From: Kiritimatiellia bacterium
Lineage (GTDB): Bacteria; Verrucomicrobiota; Kiritimatiellia; SLAD01
Direction of reading: 5' to 3'
Length of the DNA: 64,000 bases
Assembly: GCA_007134735.1 (NCBI GenBank)
Contig: SLKG01000004.1
Span: 504-64,503 of the forward strand
The notes below the pieces were generated by a model, which ran no database searches, had not been told where the DNA came from, and saw only the letters and a list, made by a program, of their open reading frames with translations. Below, one piece after another: positions 20,160 to 28,457 of this stretch. A program made the translations under genes and the position numbers. Each line of letters opens with the position of its first letter. Position 1 is the first letter of the stretch.

Positions 20160-21143
20160 ATGAAGATTCGGCGCATCGAAATACTATTGGGGATCTGTCT
20201 GTTGATATTCGTTATGGGGCTTAAGGCCGGCATGGCGGCGGATTCGATCGGACGCGAACGTTTGGAACTGGCCAGTCGGTTGCAGGCGATGAGCCACGGA
20301 TATTTCACGCAGGCGGAATGGGACAGGGCCTTGTCCGATTTGAACGAACTGATCGGGAAAGCCGGCCGGAGGGGAGCACATGAAGAGCTGATTGAGTTGC
20401 GTGTGCTCGAAGCCGTGGTGTACGGCAACATGCTTTCCGATCATCAGCGGGCGCTGGATATTCTGAAAAAGACCTTATCCGCCTACCAGGACCAGCCGTA
20501 TCACAATGTGCGCCGGATATACGTCCAATTGGCGGAGATTCATGCGCGGCGCGGGGATGACGCCGCTATTGGCGCGTTGATCGAGGAATTTCGAGCCAGC
20601 CGTCACTACGATCCGCAAGCCTATGCCTATGAAGGAGGTTGGGGTCGAGAAGTACCGTTGGCCGTGACGAGACCCCGGGTAGGTGGAAGCGAATCCATCA
20701 CCGTAACCACCATGCTGAAGTATCAGCAACAGGCGAGGTTTGCGCCGGGGCGATTATTGCCGGATTTCTCAGGCGTGGATATCCATGGAAATCCCGTACG
20801 CTTGTCGGATTTCCGGGGACAGGTGGTCCTGGTTGATTTCTATGTTCCCGAGTGGTTGGTGTGGCGGCGGGATCTGCCGAATGTAAAGAATGCCTATCAG
20901 CGGTATCATCCGGACGGGTTTGAGATTATCGGAATCTTCATGGGGCGTGATGTGGACGCATGGAGACGGTTTTTGCGTGAGCAACGGATTTCCTGGCCGC
21001 AGATCGCGGGGAATCGGTCGATTCCGGCGCAATACGGGATCTTTGGCGAGGCCCGGAACTTTCTGCTCAATCAAAACGGGGTGATCGTGGGACGAGACCT
21101 GCGCGGCGCCGATCTGGCAGAGATGATCCGTCAGACGTTATAA
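20160..21143 (+). CDS. secreted TlpA/thioredoxin-fold protein lacking the CXXC motif, with an N-terminal helical (TPR-like) region
   Basis: A signal-like N-terminus (MKIRRIEILLGICLLIFVMGLKAG) follows a GGAG site. The C-terminal domain aligns with TlpA/ResA-type thioredoxins (FRGQVVLVDFYVPEWLVWRRDLPNVKNAY), but WCGPC is replaced by EWLVW. Confidence 0.6.
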   Translation: MKIRRIEILLGICLLIFVMGLKAGMAADSIGRERLELASRLQAMSHGYFTQAEWDRALSDLNELIGKAGRRGAHEELIELRVLEAVVYGNMLSDHQRALDILKKTLSAYQDQPYHNVRRIYVQLAEIHARRGDDAAIGALIEEFRASRHYDPQAYAYEGGWGREVPLAVTRPRVGGSESITVTTMLKYQQQARFAPGRLLPDFSGVDIHGNPVRLSDFRGQVVLVDFYVPEWLVWRRDLPNVKNAYQRYHPDGFEIIGIFMGRDVDAWRRFLREQRISWPQIAGNRSIPAQYGIFGEARNFLLNQNGVIVGRDLRGADLAEMIRQTL

Positions 21144-21156
21144 AGAACCCGGCGGA

Positions 21157-22020
21157 TCACGAATTGCGGAATAGATCGTTAAACAGTTCGCGTTGTTTGC
21201 GGAGCATATCGCCAAAGAGCGGATATGGACTTGATGGCTTCCGGTGTGCGTAGGGCGGGGGACTCACGCGCACATCAAGATCTTCCTGCTCCCGGGGCCA
21301 AGCCGGTTCGTGGTACGGCCAGGGCGACGAGCCTCTCCGGGCGGCATCCTGCATCAGCACCATGCGGTATTCGGCCCCGGCGGCCATATAGATGAAGATG
21401 GCAATGGCCAGAAGAACAAGGTTGAACTGCAACAGCGCGAAAAAACCAAACACAAGGGCCATGAAGCGTCCGATTTTGACGGCTATGCGCGTAGCCTCCA
21501 CGCGTCCGACGCGAGGCGTCATCCAGGCGCGGAAAATCCTGCCGCCGTCCATGGGAAAGGAGGGCAACAGGTTAAACAGCGCGAGAAATAGGTTCATGAG
21601 TCCCAGTACGCGCAGTACCAGTGAAAGCGATGCCAAACCCGCGGCGCCGACCAGCATGCCCGCTATCATGCATCCGAGGGCGAGAACAAGGCTGACCAGG
21701 GGACCGGCCGCCGCGATGTGCAATTCGTCCTGGAAGCGATCCGGCATGCTCTCCAGTTGGGCGATTCCGCCTATGGGCAGAAGAAGAATCTCGCGAACCC
21801 GGATGCCCTTGGAGAGGGCAATCACGGAATGTCCGAGTTCATGAAGGGCGACACTGCCGAACAGGCCGGCCGCAGCCAGCAAGCCCCAGAGGGTGGAAGT
21901 GCGCAGCACGGCGGCGAGATGAAGGGCTAACAACGGGAGCAGGATGATCAGGGTGATATGGACCCTGATTGGAATCCCGTAGATTCTTCCCCATTCGTAT
22001 GAACCCGGCATTGGCTTCAT
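21157..22020 (-). CDS. M50-family (site-2 protease-like) membrane metalloprotease
   Basis: It carries the HELGH zinc motif and the second motif NLLPSFPMDGGR, and is polytopic. Its start overlaps the proA stop by 4 nt. Confidence 0.8.
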   Translation of the reverse strand: MKPMPGSYEWGRIYGIPIRVHITLIILLPLLALHLAAVLRTSTLWGLLAAAGLFGSVALHELGHSVIALSKGIRVREILLLPIGGIAQLESMPDRFQDELHIAAAGPLVSLVLALGCMIAGMLVGAAGLASLSLVLRVLGLMNLFLALFNLLPSFPMDGGRIFRAWMTPRVGRVEATRIAVKIGRFMALVFGFFALLQFNLVLLAIAIFIYMAAGAEYRMVLMQDAARRGSSPWPYHEPAWPREQEDLDVRVSPPPYAHRKPSSPYPLFGDMLRKQRELFNDLFRNS

Positions 22021-23273
22021 TCCCGTATCTGGCCGGATCCCAGCACGACATACTTGTACGTGGTGAGTTCTTCAAGCCCCATGGGGCCGCGGGCATGCAG
22101 CTTGTCCGTGCTGATCCCGATCTCGGCGCCCATTCCGAATTCGGCCCCGTCGGTAAAGCGGGTGGAGGCGTTGACATACACGGTGGATGAATCCACGCGC
22201 TGCAGGAATGTTTTTTGTGCCGCCTCCGACTCCGCCACAATGGCATCCGAATGCTTTGACCCGAAGCGGTTGATATGGGCAATGGCGGCATCCGTATCCG
22301 GTACCACGCGGATAGACAGGATCAAATCAAGGTACTCCTCATCCCAATCCGCTTCCGTGGCGGGCTTCATGTCCGGCACAATGGATTGTGCCGCTTCGTC
22401 CCCCCGCAGTTCCACACCGGCCCGCTGAAGGCGGCGGGACATTTCGGGAAGAAACACAGGCGCGATGTTCTTGTGCACCAGCAGGGTTTCCATTGCGTTG
22501 CAGACGCCGGGCCGCTGACACTTGGCATTCTCGCAAATCCGGTAGGCCATTTCGAGGTCGGCGCTTTCTTCCACGTATACGTGACAGACGCCCTTGTAAT
22601 GCTTGATCACGGGGACGCGGGCGTTTTCCGTGACGGTTCGGATCAGGGCCTCGCCTCCGCGGGGAATGACAAGATCCACCCGGCCGGTCATCTGCACCAA
22701 TTCGCGTACGGCGTTCCGGTCCGTTGTTTGAACGAGCTGAATGGCGTGGGGGGGGAGTCCCTTCTTTTTGCCGCCTTCCTGAAGCGCTTCCGCAATGGCG
22801 TGGTTGGAATGCCGGGCCTCCTTCCCGCCGCGGAGAATGACGGCGTTGGCCGTTTTAATGCAGAGAGCGGATACATCCGCCGTAACATTCGGCCGGGATT
22901 CGTAAATAATGGCAATAACCCCGATGGGAACGCGTTTCTTGATGATTTCCAACCCGTTCGGACGGACCCATCCGCTGATCCGGGCCCCCACGGGGTCCTT
23001 GAGCACAATGACGGCCCGGAGTCCCTTGATCATGGAATCGATGCGCGCATCGGTCAGCTCCAAGCGGTCCAGCAGAGCCGATGACAGTCCGGCCCGGCGC
23101 CCGGCGTCCAAGTCGCGGGAATTGGCTTCCCGGATGTGATCGCGCCGCGCTTCCAGTTCCTGCGCCATGGCTTCCAGCATGTTGTTCTTCCTGCGCGAGG
23201 TCAGCGTGGCCAGCTGTTCGGCCGCTTCCACGGCGCGATCCGCGAGCAGAATCATCTCTTTATGCAGACTCAT
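22017..23273 (-). CDS. proA: gamma-glutamyl phosphate reductase
   Basis: 418 aa of aldehyde-dehydrogenase-fold ProA-like sequence (IYESRPNVT, VNASTRFTDG, GISTDKLHARGPMGL), directly downstream of proB. Confidence 0.92.
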   Translation of the reverse strand: MSLHKEMILLADRAVEAAEQLATLTSRRKNNMLEAMAQELEARRDHIREANSRDLDAGRRAGLSSALLDRLELTDARIDSMIKGLRAVIVLKDPVGARISGWVRPNGLEIIKKRVPIGVIAIIYESRPNVTADVSALCIKTANAVILRGGKEARHSNHAIAEALQEGGKKKGLPPHAIQLVQTTDRNAVRELVQMTGRVDLVIPRGGEALIRTVTENARVPVIKHYKGVCHVYVEESADLEMAYRICENAKCQRPGVCNAMETLLVHKNIAPVFLPEMSRRLQRAGVELRGDEAAQSIVPDMKPATEADWDEEYLDLILSIRVVPDTDAAIAHINRFGSKHSDAIVAESEAAQKTFLQRVDSSTVYVNASTRFTDGAEFGMGAEIGISTDKLHARGPMGLEELTTYKYVVLGSGQIRE

Positions 23274-23274
23274 G

Positions 23275-24453
23275 TCATTTCCCCTGTTGGTCTTTGAGGA
23301 TCACCATATGGTCCCGGTGAATAACCTCGTCGAAGTCCTTGGCTCCGAGCAAGGAGGCGATTTCCGATGTTCGGTGGCCCTTGATTTTGCGAACGTCCCG
23401 ACTGGCGTATTCCGTAAGCCCGCGCGCCACGAGGGCGCCGCTTTCGGATCGGACATTTACCACCGAACCGACTTCAAATTCACCCTGTACCTCCTTGATG
23501 CCGATCGGCAAGAGACTTTTCCCCTTTTTTTCAAGTGCCAGCGCGGCGCCGTCATCAATGGTGAGGGTTCCACTCGCCTTGTTGAAAAAGGCAATCCACT
23601 TTTTCCGGCTGGCCAATGCCGGTTTTTCCAGGGTTCGCGGCAGACCGATAACCGTGCCGACATCGTCGCCGTCGACAATACGTTGCAACACTCCCGTCTT
23701 CCGTCCGTTGGCAATAATCGCCAGCGTGCCCATATCGACCACCATGCGGGCCGCCTCCAGCTTGGATGCCATGCCGCCGACGGTAAACACGCTTTCCCGA
23801 TCACGGGCTAATTTCAGCACACCGGATGTGATGCCCTCGAGGTGGGGTACCCGCCGGGTACGCCCCGATGCGACGGGCCGCCGCAGGCCGTCCACCGTGG
23901 ATAAGAGAATGAGTAGTTCGGCATCCACCAGTAACGACACCAGGGAGGCGAGGATGTCGTTGTCTCCAAATTTAATCTCATCCACGGCCACCGCGTCATT
24001 CTCATTGACGATAGGAATGATGTTGTTGCGCAGTAGCGTAAGAATGGTATTCCGCGCATTGAGATGGCGGCTGCGGTGACGCAGATCGTCGTGGGTGAGC
24101 AGGACCTGGGCGATTTTGAATTTTTCAGCGGCAAAGAGTTTTTCGTACCGGCTCATGAGCCGGGTCTGGCCTACGGCGGCCGCCATCTGCAGTTCGGGCA
24201 GGTTGTCGGGACGTGTTCGGCGTCCGAGCGCCTCGATACCGGCTCCGATAGCCCCCGAGGACACGACGATGACCTCGCGGCCGCCACGGCGAAGGCGGGC
24301 AATGTCCTTGACCAGGGCTTTGATCCGTTGGAGATCGGGCCTTCCGGAGCGTTGAACCAGTACCCGGCTTCCGATCTTGACCACGACCCGCTTGGACAGG
24401 GCAGCCCTATTCCGATATTCCTTGTTGGTGTGCATATTGATTGCCTTGATCAA
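23275..24453 (-). CDS. proB: glutamate 5-kinase with C-terminal PUA domain
   Basis: VVVKIGSRVL, VVSSGAIGAG and FGDNDILAS are kinase motifs. The C-terminal segment (GTLTIDDGAALAL...) is PUA-like. Confidence 0.92.
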   Translation of the reverse strand: MIKAINMHTNKEYRNRAALSKRVVVKIGSRVLVQRSGRPDLQRIKALVKDIARLRRGGREVIVVSSGAIGAGIEALGRRTRPDNLPELQMAAAVGQTRLMSRYEKLFAAEKFKIAQVLLTHDDLRHRSRHLNARNTILTLLRNNIIPIVNENDAVAVDEIKFGDNDILASLVSLLVDAELLILLSTVDGLRRPVASGRTRRVPHLEGITSGVLKLARDRESVFTVGGMASKLEAARMVVDMGTLAIIANGRKTGVLQRIVDGDDVGTVIGLPRTLEKPALASRKKWIAFFNKASGTLTIDDGAALALEKKGKSLLPIGIKEVQGEFEVGSVVNVRSESGALVARGLTEYASRDVRKIKGHRTSEIASLLGAKDFDEVIHRDHMVILKDQQGK

Positions 24454-24595
24454 ACCGGCCCTATGATGCCGGGAGCTTCATGTGCTATCATATCTGCCTT
24501 TTGATGTCGAGAGGAGGGATGATACACGCTATTTTTTGGGTGTAATACAAACCGCCGTGGTATACCATGACCGGCTTATTGGGTAGGTTGACGTT

Positions 24596-26830
24596 GTGCG
24601 ATGGACGAGGGAGAGACGATTGAAGCAGGCAAAATCCTTATTAAATAAGCAGATTGTGGAATCCCTGGTGGAGGGAAATCATTACGCGCCCTACGAAGTG
24701 TTGGGTATGCATCCGTGTGCGGATCCGGCATCGGCCGTGGTGGTGCGCAGTTTTCAGCCCTATGCGCGGGATGTGGCGGTCGTGGATGTCCGGACGGACC
24801 ATGCATGGCCGATGGATAAAATTCATACGGCGGGATTGTTTGAGATCGTCATCCCCGAGACCTCTCCATTCCCGTATCGCCTGAAAATGACCGGCCATGA
24901 CGATCATGTCTGGGAATTGGACGATCCATACCGTTTTCCCCTCCAAATATCGGATTTCGACCTCTATCTCCACGGCGAAGGAACCCATTATCGTACGTAT
25001 GAGAAAATGGGCGCGCATCCCATGACGATCGACGGAGTGGAAGGCGTGCATTTTGCCGTATGGGCGCCGAACGCCATGCGGGTCAGCGTCATTGGTTGGT
25101 TCAACCGGTGGGATGGAAGACATCACCCGCTTCAGAGCCGCGGGGGGGCGGGGCTCTGGGAAATTTTCATTCCGGCCCTCAAGCCGGGAGACTTGTACAA
25201 GTTCGAAATCAAGAGCCGGAACGGATACTTGACCCAGAAAGCCGATCCCTATGCGTTTGCTTCCGAGCTCAGGCCGCGCACGGCATCGATGGTGTGGAAT
25301 GTTGATGCGTATGAATGGAACGATGCGGAGTGGTTGAATCGACGCCGTGAGACCAACTGGCTTGAGAAGCCGTTGTCGGTATACGAAGTCCATCTCGGCT
25401 CCTGGCAGCGGGTTCCGGAAGAGGATGGCCGGTGGTTGACGTACCGGGAGTTGTCGGAACGGCTTGTGCCCTATGTCAAGGAGATGGGATTCACTCATAT
25501 CGAGCTGCTCCCCATATCGGAGCATCCGTTCGACGGATCCTGGGGGTATCAGACCATCGGGTATTATTCCCCCACATCGCGATTTGGCTCGCCGGACGAC
25601 CTCAAATATTTCATCGACCGATGTCACCAGGAGGGGATCGGAGTCATCATTGATTGGGTGCCCGCGCATTTCCCAAAGGACGGGCATGGACTGGGCTATT
25701 TTGACGGATCCCACCTGTACGAGCATTCCGATCCGCGTAAAGGGGAGCATATGGATTGGGGTACGCTGATCTTCAATTACGGGCGGAACGAGGTGCGGAG
25801 TTTTCTCTTGTCCAACGCCATGTTCTGGGCGGATGTGTACCATGTGGACGGGTTCCGTGTGGATGCCGTTGCGAGCATGCTCTACTTGGATTATTCCCGG
25901 AAGGAAGGGGAATGGGTCAGCAACGAGTATGGCGGACGAGAAAACCTCGAAGCCGTTTCATTTCTGAAAAAATTCAACGAGATCATGCATGCGGAATATC
26001 CGGGCATTGCCACATTTGCCGAGGAATCCACGGCATGGCCCATGGTGTCCAGGCCGACGTATTTGGGTGGGTTGGGATTCACGCTGAAATGGAACATGGG
26101 CTGGATGCACGACACGCTCCAATATTTCTCCAAGGATCCGGTGTACCGGAAGTATGAGCACAGTGATATCACATTTTCCCTGCTCTATGCGTTCACCGAG
26201 AATTTCATTCTCCCGTTTTCCCATGACGAAGTGGTGCACGGAAAAGCGAATATGCTTTCCAAGATGCCCGGCGACCTGTGGCAGAAGTATGCCAATCTGC
26301 GCTTGCTGTACGGTTATATGTATGCTCATCCGGGCAAGAAACTGCTGTTCATGGGCATGGAGTTCGGCCAGTGGGATGAGTGGGACTATCATAGAAGCCT
26401 GGATTGGCATTTGTTGCAATGGGATCCGCACCGCCAATTGAAACACCTCGTGGGCGATCTCAATCGACTGTACGGCCAGACGCCGGCGCTGTATGAAATC
26501 GATTTTTCATGGGAGGGATTCGATTGGATTGATTTCCACGACAGCGAGCAGTCGGTGGTCACTTTTCTCCGTCGGGGTCGCAATCCCGGCGACGTGGTGG
26601 TCTGCGCGTTCAATTTTACGCCCCTTCCGCGCGGGGGCTATCGCGTCGGGGTGCCGCTTCCGGGATACTACGAGGAAATTCTGAACAGCGACGCGGCCGT
26701 CTATGGCGGGTCGGACATGGGGAACGCGGGGGGGGTGCCGTCCGATCCCATCCCGTGGCAAGGCAAGGAGCATTCGGTGTTGCTGACCCTGCCGCCGCTC
26801 GCGGCGGTATACCTGAGGCCGAAGGGGTAA
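24596..26830 (+). CDS. glgB: 1,4-alpha-glucan branching enzyme
   Basis: 744 aa with a GTG start. Features are [40 protein letters not shown] and SHDEVVHGK. Confidence 0.95.
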   Translation: MRWTRERRLKQAKSLLNKQIVESLVEGNHYAPYEVLGMHPCADPASAVVVRSFQPYARDVAVVDVRTDHAWPMDKIHTAGLFEIVIPETSPFPYRLKMTGHDDHVWELDDPYRFPLQISDFDLYLHGEGTHYRTYEKMGAHPMTIDGVEGVHFAVWAPNAMRVSVIGWFNRWDGRHHPLQSRGGAGLWEIFIPALKPGDLYKFEIKSRNGYLTQKADPYAFASELRPRTASMVWNVDAYEWNDAEWLNRRRETNWLEKPLSVYEVHLGSWQRVPEEDGRWLTYRELSERLVPYVKEMGFTHIELLPISEHPFDGSWGYQTIGYYSPTSRFGSPDDLKYFIDRCHQEGIGVIIDWVPAHFPKDGHGLGYFDGSHLYEHSDPRKGEHMDWGTLIFNYGRNEVRSFLLSNAMFWADVYHVDGFRVDAVASMLYLDYSRKEGEWVSNEYGGRENLEAVSFLKKFNEIMHAEYPGIATFAEESTAWPMVSRPTYLGGLGFTLKWNMGWMHDTLQYFSKDPVYRKYEHSDITFSLLYAFTENFILPFSHDEVVHGKANMLSKMPGDLWQKYANLRLLYGYMYAHPGKKLLFMGMEFGQWDEWDYHRSLDWHLLQWDPHRQLKHLVGDLNRLYGQTPALYEIDFSWEGFDWIDFHDSEQSVVTFLRRGRNPGDVVVCAFNFTPLPRGGYRVGVPLPGYYEEILNSDAAVYGGSDMGNAGGVPSDPIPWQGKEHSVLLTLPPLAAVYLRPKG

Positions 26831-27054
26831 TAGTGGGGGCGGAGCCGAAGACGGTTTCCGGCTCGGGAGCCTCGCCCTCCAACCCGATCACAACGGAAGT
26901 ATGAAGCGTGGAGGGCGAAGCTCCTGCTGAGCCGTATGCCGGGAAAATGTGAAAGACAACCACGGATCACAGGGGTAACACGGATGTGGGGAAGAGAGAG
27001 TCCGGCCATATCCCTCCAGCGAGGGGAAAGAAACGTGAATTGAGGAGACCGATT

Positions 27055-27591
27055 ATGCATGCCCATCCAAGAATTTCCGTAGGGATCGCCCTGGTATGTA
27101 TGCTGCTGGCGTGGCCGGCAGAGATGACCGAGGCTCAGCGTACGCGCCAGCACGGCTTTATCACCCCCGCGTTTGACGGTGATTGCCTGGGCTTGTTGGT
27201 TGATGCCATCCAACAGGCGCGACGGGAAGTGTTGGTGGCGACTTATTATCTGACCCATACCCGCATACAGGATGCCTTGATCACCGCCGCCAACCGGGGC
27301 GCCAACGTGAGGATAAAATACGAAGCAAGCACGGCATCGCATCAAACCATGCGACAGATTCTTGACCGGTTGGAGGAGCGGGGCATGGAAGTAACGCGCA
27401 TCAAAATGTCCCGCAGCGGCGCTTCCATGCATCATAAATTCGTCGTGATCGATCAATTACGGGTCTTCACAGGCTCCTATAATTTCACGGTGATGGCGAG
27501 CCGGCACAATTACGAAAACTGCGTGTTGATTGAGTCCCAGGCGGTGGCGCAGGATTTTGCCTCCGTGTTTGAACAGATTGTAAGCCGGTGA
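27055..27591 (+). CDS. secreted phospholipase-D-family (single HKD) Nuc-like endonuclease
   Basis: A signal peptide (MHAHPRISVGIALVCMLLAWPAEM) follows a GAGGAG site. It has one HKD motif, MHHKFVVID...GSYNFT. At about 178 aa it resembles the Nuc-type dimeric PLD nucleases. Confidence 0.7.
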   Translation: MHAHPRISVGIALVCMLLAWPAEMTEAQRTRQHGFITPAFDGDCLGLLVDAIQQARREVLVATYYLTHTRIQDALITAANRGANVRIKYEASTASHQTMRQILDRLEERGMEVTRIKMSRSGASMHHKFVVIDQLRVFTGSYNFTVMASRHNYENCVLIESQAVAQDFASVFEQIVSR

Positions 27592-27704
27592 GCGGCATAC
27601 CGGGTTGCAATCCGCCGTGGATTATGCGATGTTTTCCCGGTTCCGTTCTGGACAACGCCCCCGATATTATTAAGATTTGGGGTGTTTATTGAATATTATT
27701 TTAT

Positions 27705-27790
27705 GGCGGGATACCGAAGCGGCCAAACGGGGCAGACTGTAAATCTGTTGGATTATTCCTTCGAAGGTTCGAATCCTTCTCCCGCCACCA
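27705..27790 (+). tRNA. tRNA-Tyr (anticodon GUA), class II with long variable arm, encoded CCA
   Basis: Hand fold: acceptor GGCGGGA/TCCCGCC, anticodon stem-loop gcaga-CTGTAAA-tctgt, long variable arm, T arm GAAGG-TTCGAAT-CCTTC, discriminator A plus CCA. The 3' half closely resembles the E. coli tRNA-Tyr sequence as I recall it. Confidence 0.9.
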
Positions 27791-27796
27791 GTTATT

Positions 27797-28441
27797 ATGA
27801 ACCGGCTTGCTGATGTTCTTTCACAAATTCCGGATAGACCCGGTGTCTATGTGCTTCGGGGACGCAATGGACGTCAATACACGGGGGTCGCCAGAAACCT
27901 TCACGAACGACTTTCCGCTCATCTTGCAGGCAAGGCCACTCGCACAAAGAATCAACGCCCACTACATCTTGTGCACTGTGAAGACTCTCCGACGTATTCC
28001 GATGCCCTACAGCGCGAACAGTGTCTGAAGGCCGGGGCCGGACGGGTGTGGCTTAAGGGGTGGCAGACTGTTTCGCCGCAGGCGAACCCGCCTCCGGCGG
28101 GAAATCTGTTGGATTATTCCTTCGAAGGTTCGAATCCTTCCCCCACCACCATTCTTATGAGAAGCCTTTCCGATGTTATACCACAAATGCCTGAACTGCC
28201 CGGTGTCTACGTACTTCGAGGTATAAACGGCCGTAACTATATGGGTGCCGCACGTAATCTTCGGGAACGGTTGAAAGATCACAATGCTGGTCGGGGCAAA
28301 CGCACGAAGAATCAACGCCCTCTTGAGTTATATTACCACGAAATTACGACTAATTTCTCTGAAGCCATGGAGCGCGAGCGTTTCCTTAAGAGTGGCCAAG
28401 GCCGCCAGTGGCTCAAATTCGACAGAATCGTCTCCCCATAA
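27797..28441 (+). CDS. tandem GIY-YIG (URI-domain, COG2827/UPF0213-like) ORF; two ~94-aa modules, possibly two genes (27797-c.28078 and 28157-28441)
   Basis: Each half has GVYVLRG...Y(T/M)G, ARNL.ERL..H, RTKNQRPL and RE(Q/R).LK, i.e. a small GIY-YIG fold. The halves are 54/94 identical by hand alignment. The single open frame reads through a tRNA-Tyr 3' fragment (NLLDYSFEGSNPSPTT). Confidence 0.7.
   Translation: MNRLADVLSQIPDRPGVYVLRGRNGRQYTGVARNLHERLSAHLAGKATRTKNQRPLHLVHCEDSPTYSDALQREQCLKAGAGRVWLKGWQTVSPQANPPPAGNLLDYSFEGSNPSPTTILMRSLSDVIPQMPELPGVYVLRGINGRNYMGAARNLRERLKDHNAGRGKRTKNQRPLELYYHEITTNFSEAMERERFLKSGQGRQWLKFDRIVSP
28102..28151 (+). pseudogene. duplicated 3' half of tRNA-Tyr (anticodon-loop A36 to CCA), embedded in the GIY-YIG ORF
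   Basis: It is 48/50 identical to 27741-27790 (differences t>c and g>a in the acceptor 3' strand). No D arm or matching 5' acceptor strand lies upstream. Confidence 0.85.
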
Positions 28442-28457
28442 CCACCCCCCCCCAAAC

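Noticed and set aside
24641-25843. 400-aa ORF on the minus strand
   Set aside because: It lies entirely antisense to glgB, whose translation carries all the branching-enzyme motifs. The antisense product is Arg/Pro/His-rich and low-complexity, typical of shadow ORFs in high-GC DNA.
28062-28151. Second tRNA-Tyr gene carrying an intron in the anticodon loop
   Set aside because: Only the anticodon-arm 5' side (10 nt) and the 3' half are present. No D arm and no 5' acceptor strand complementary to CCCCACC can be found upstream, so it cannot fold into a tRNA.
27705-28151. Classical integrase-mediated genomic island bounded by tRNA attL and attR
   Set aside because: The repeats are only 361 nt apart and enclose a single ~94-aa ORF. 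No integrase, excisionase or other island cargo is present in the window.
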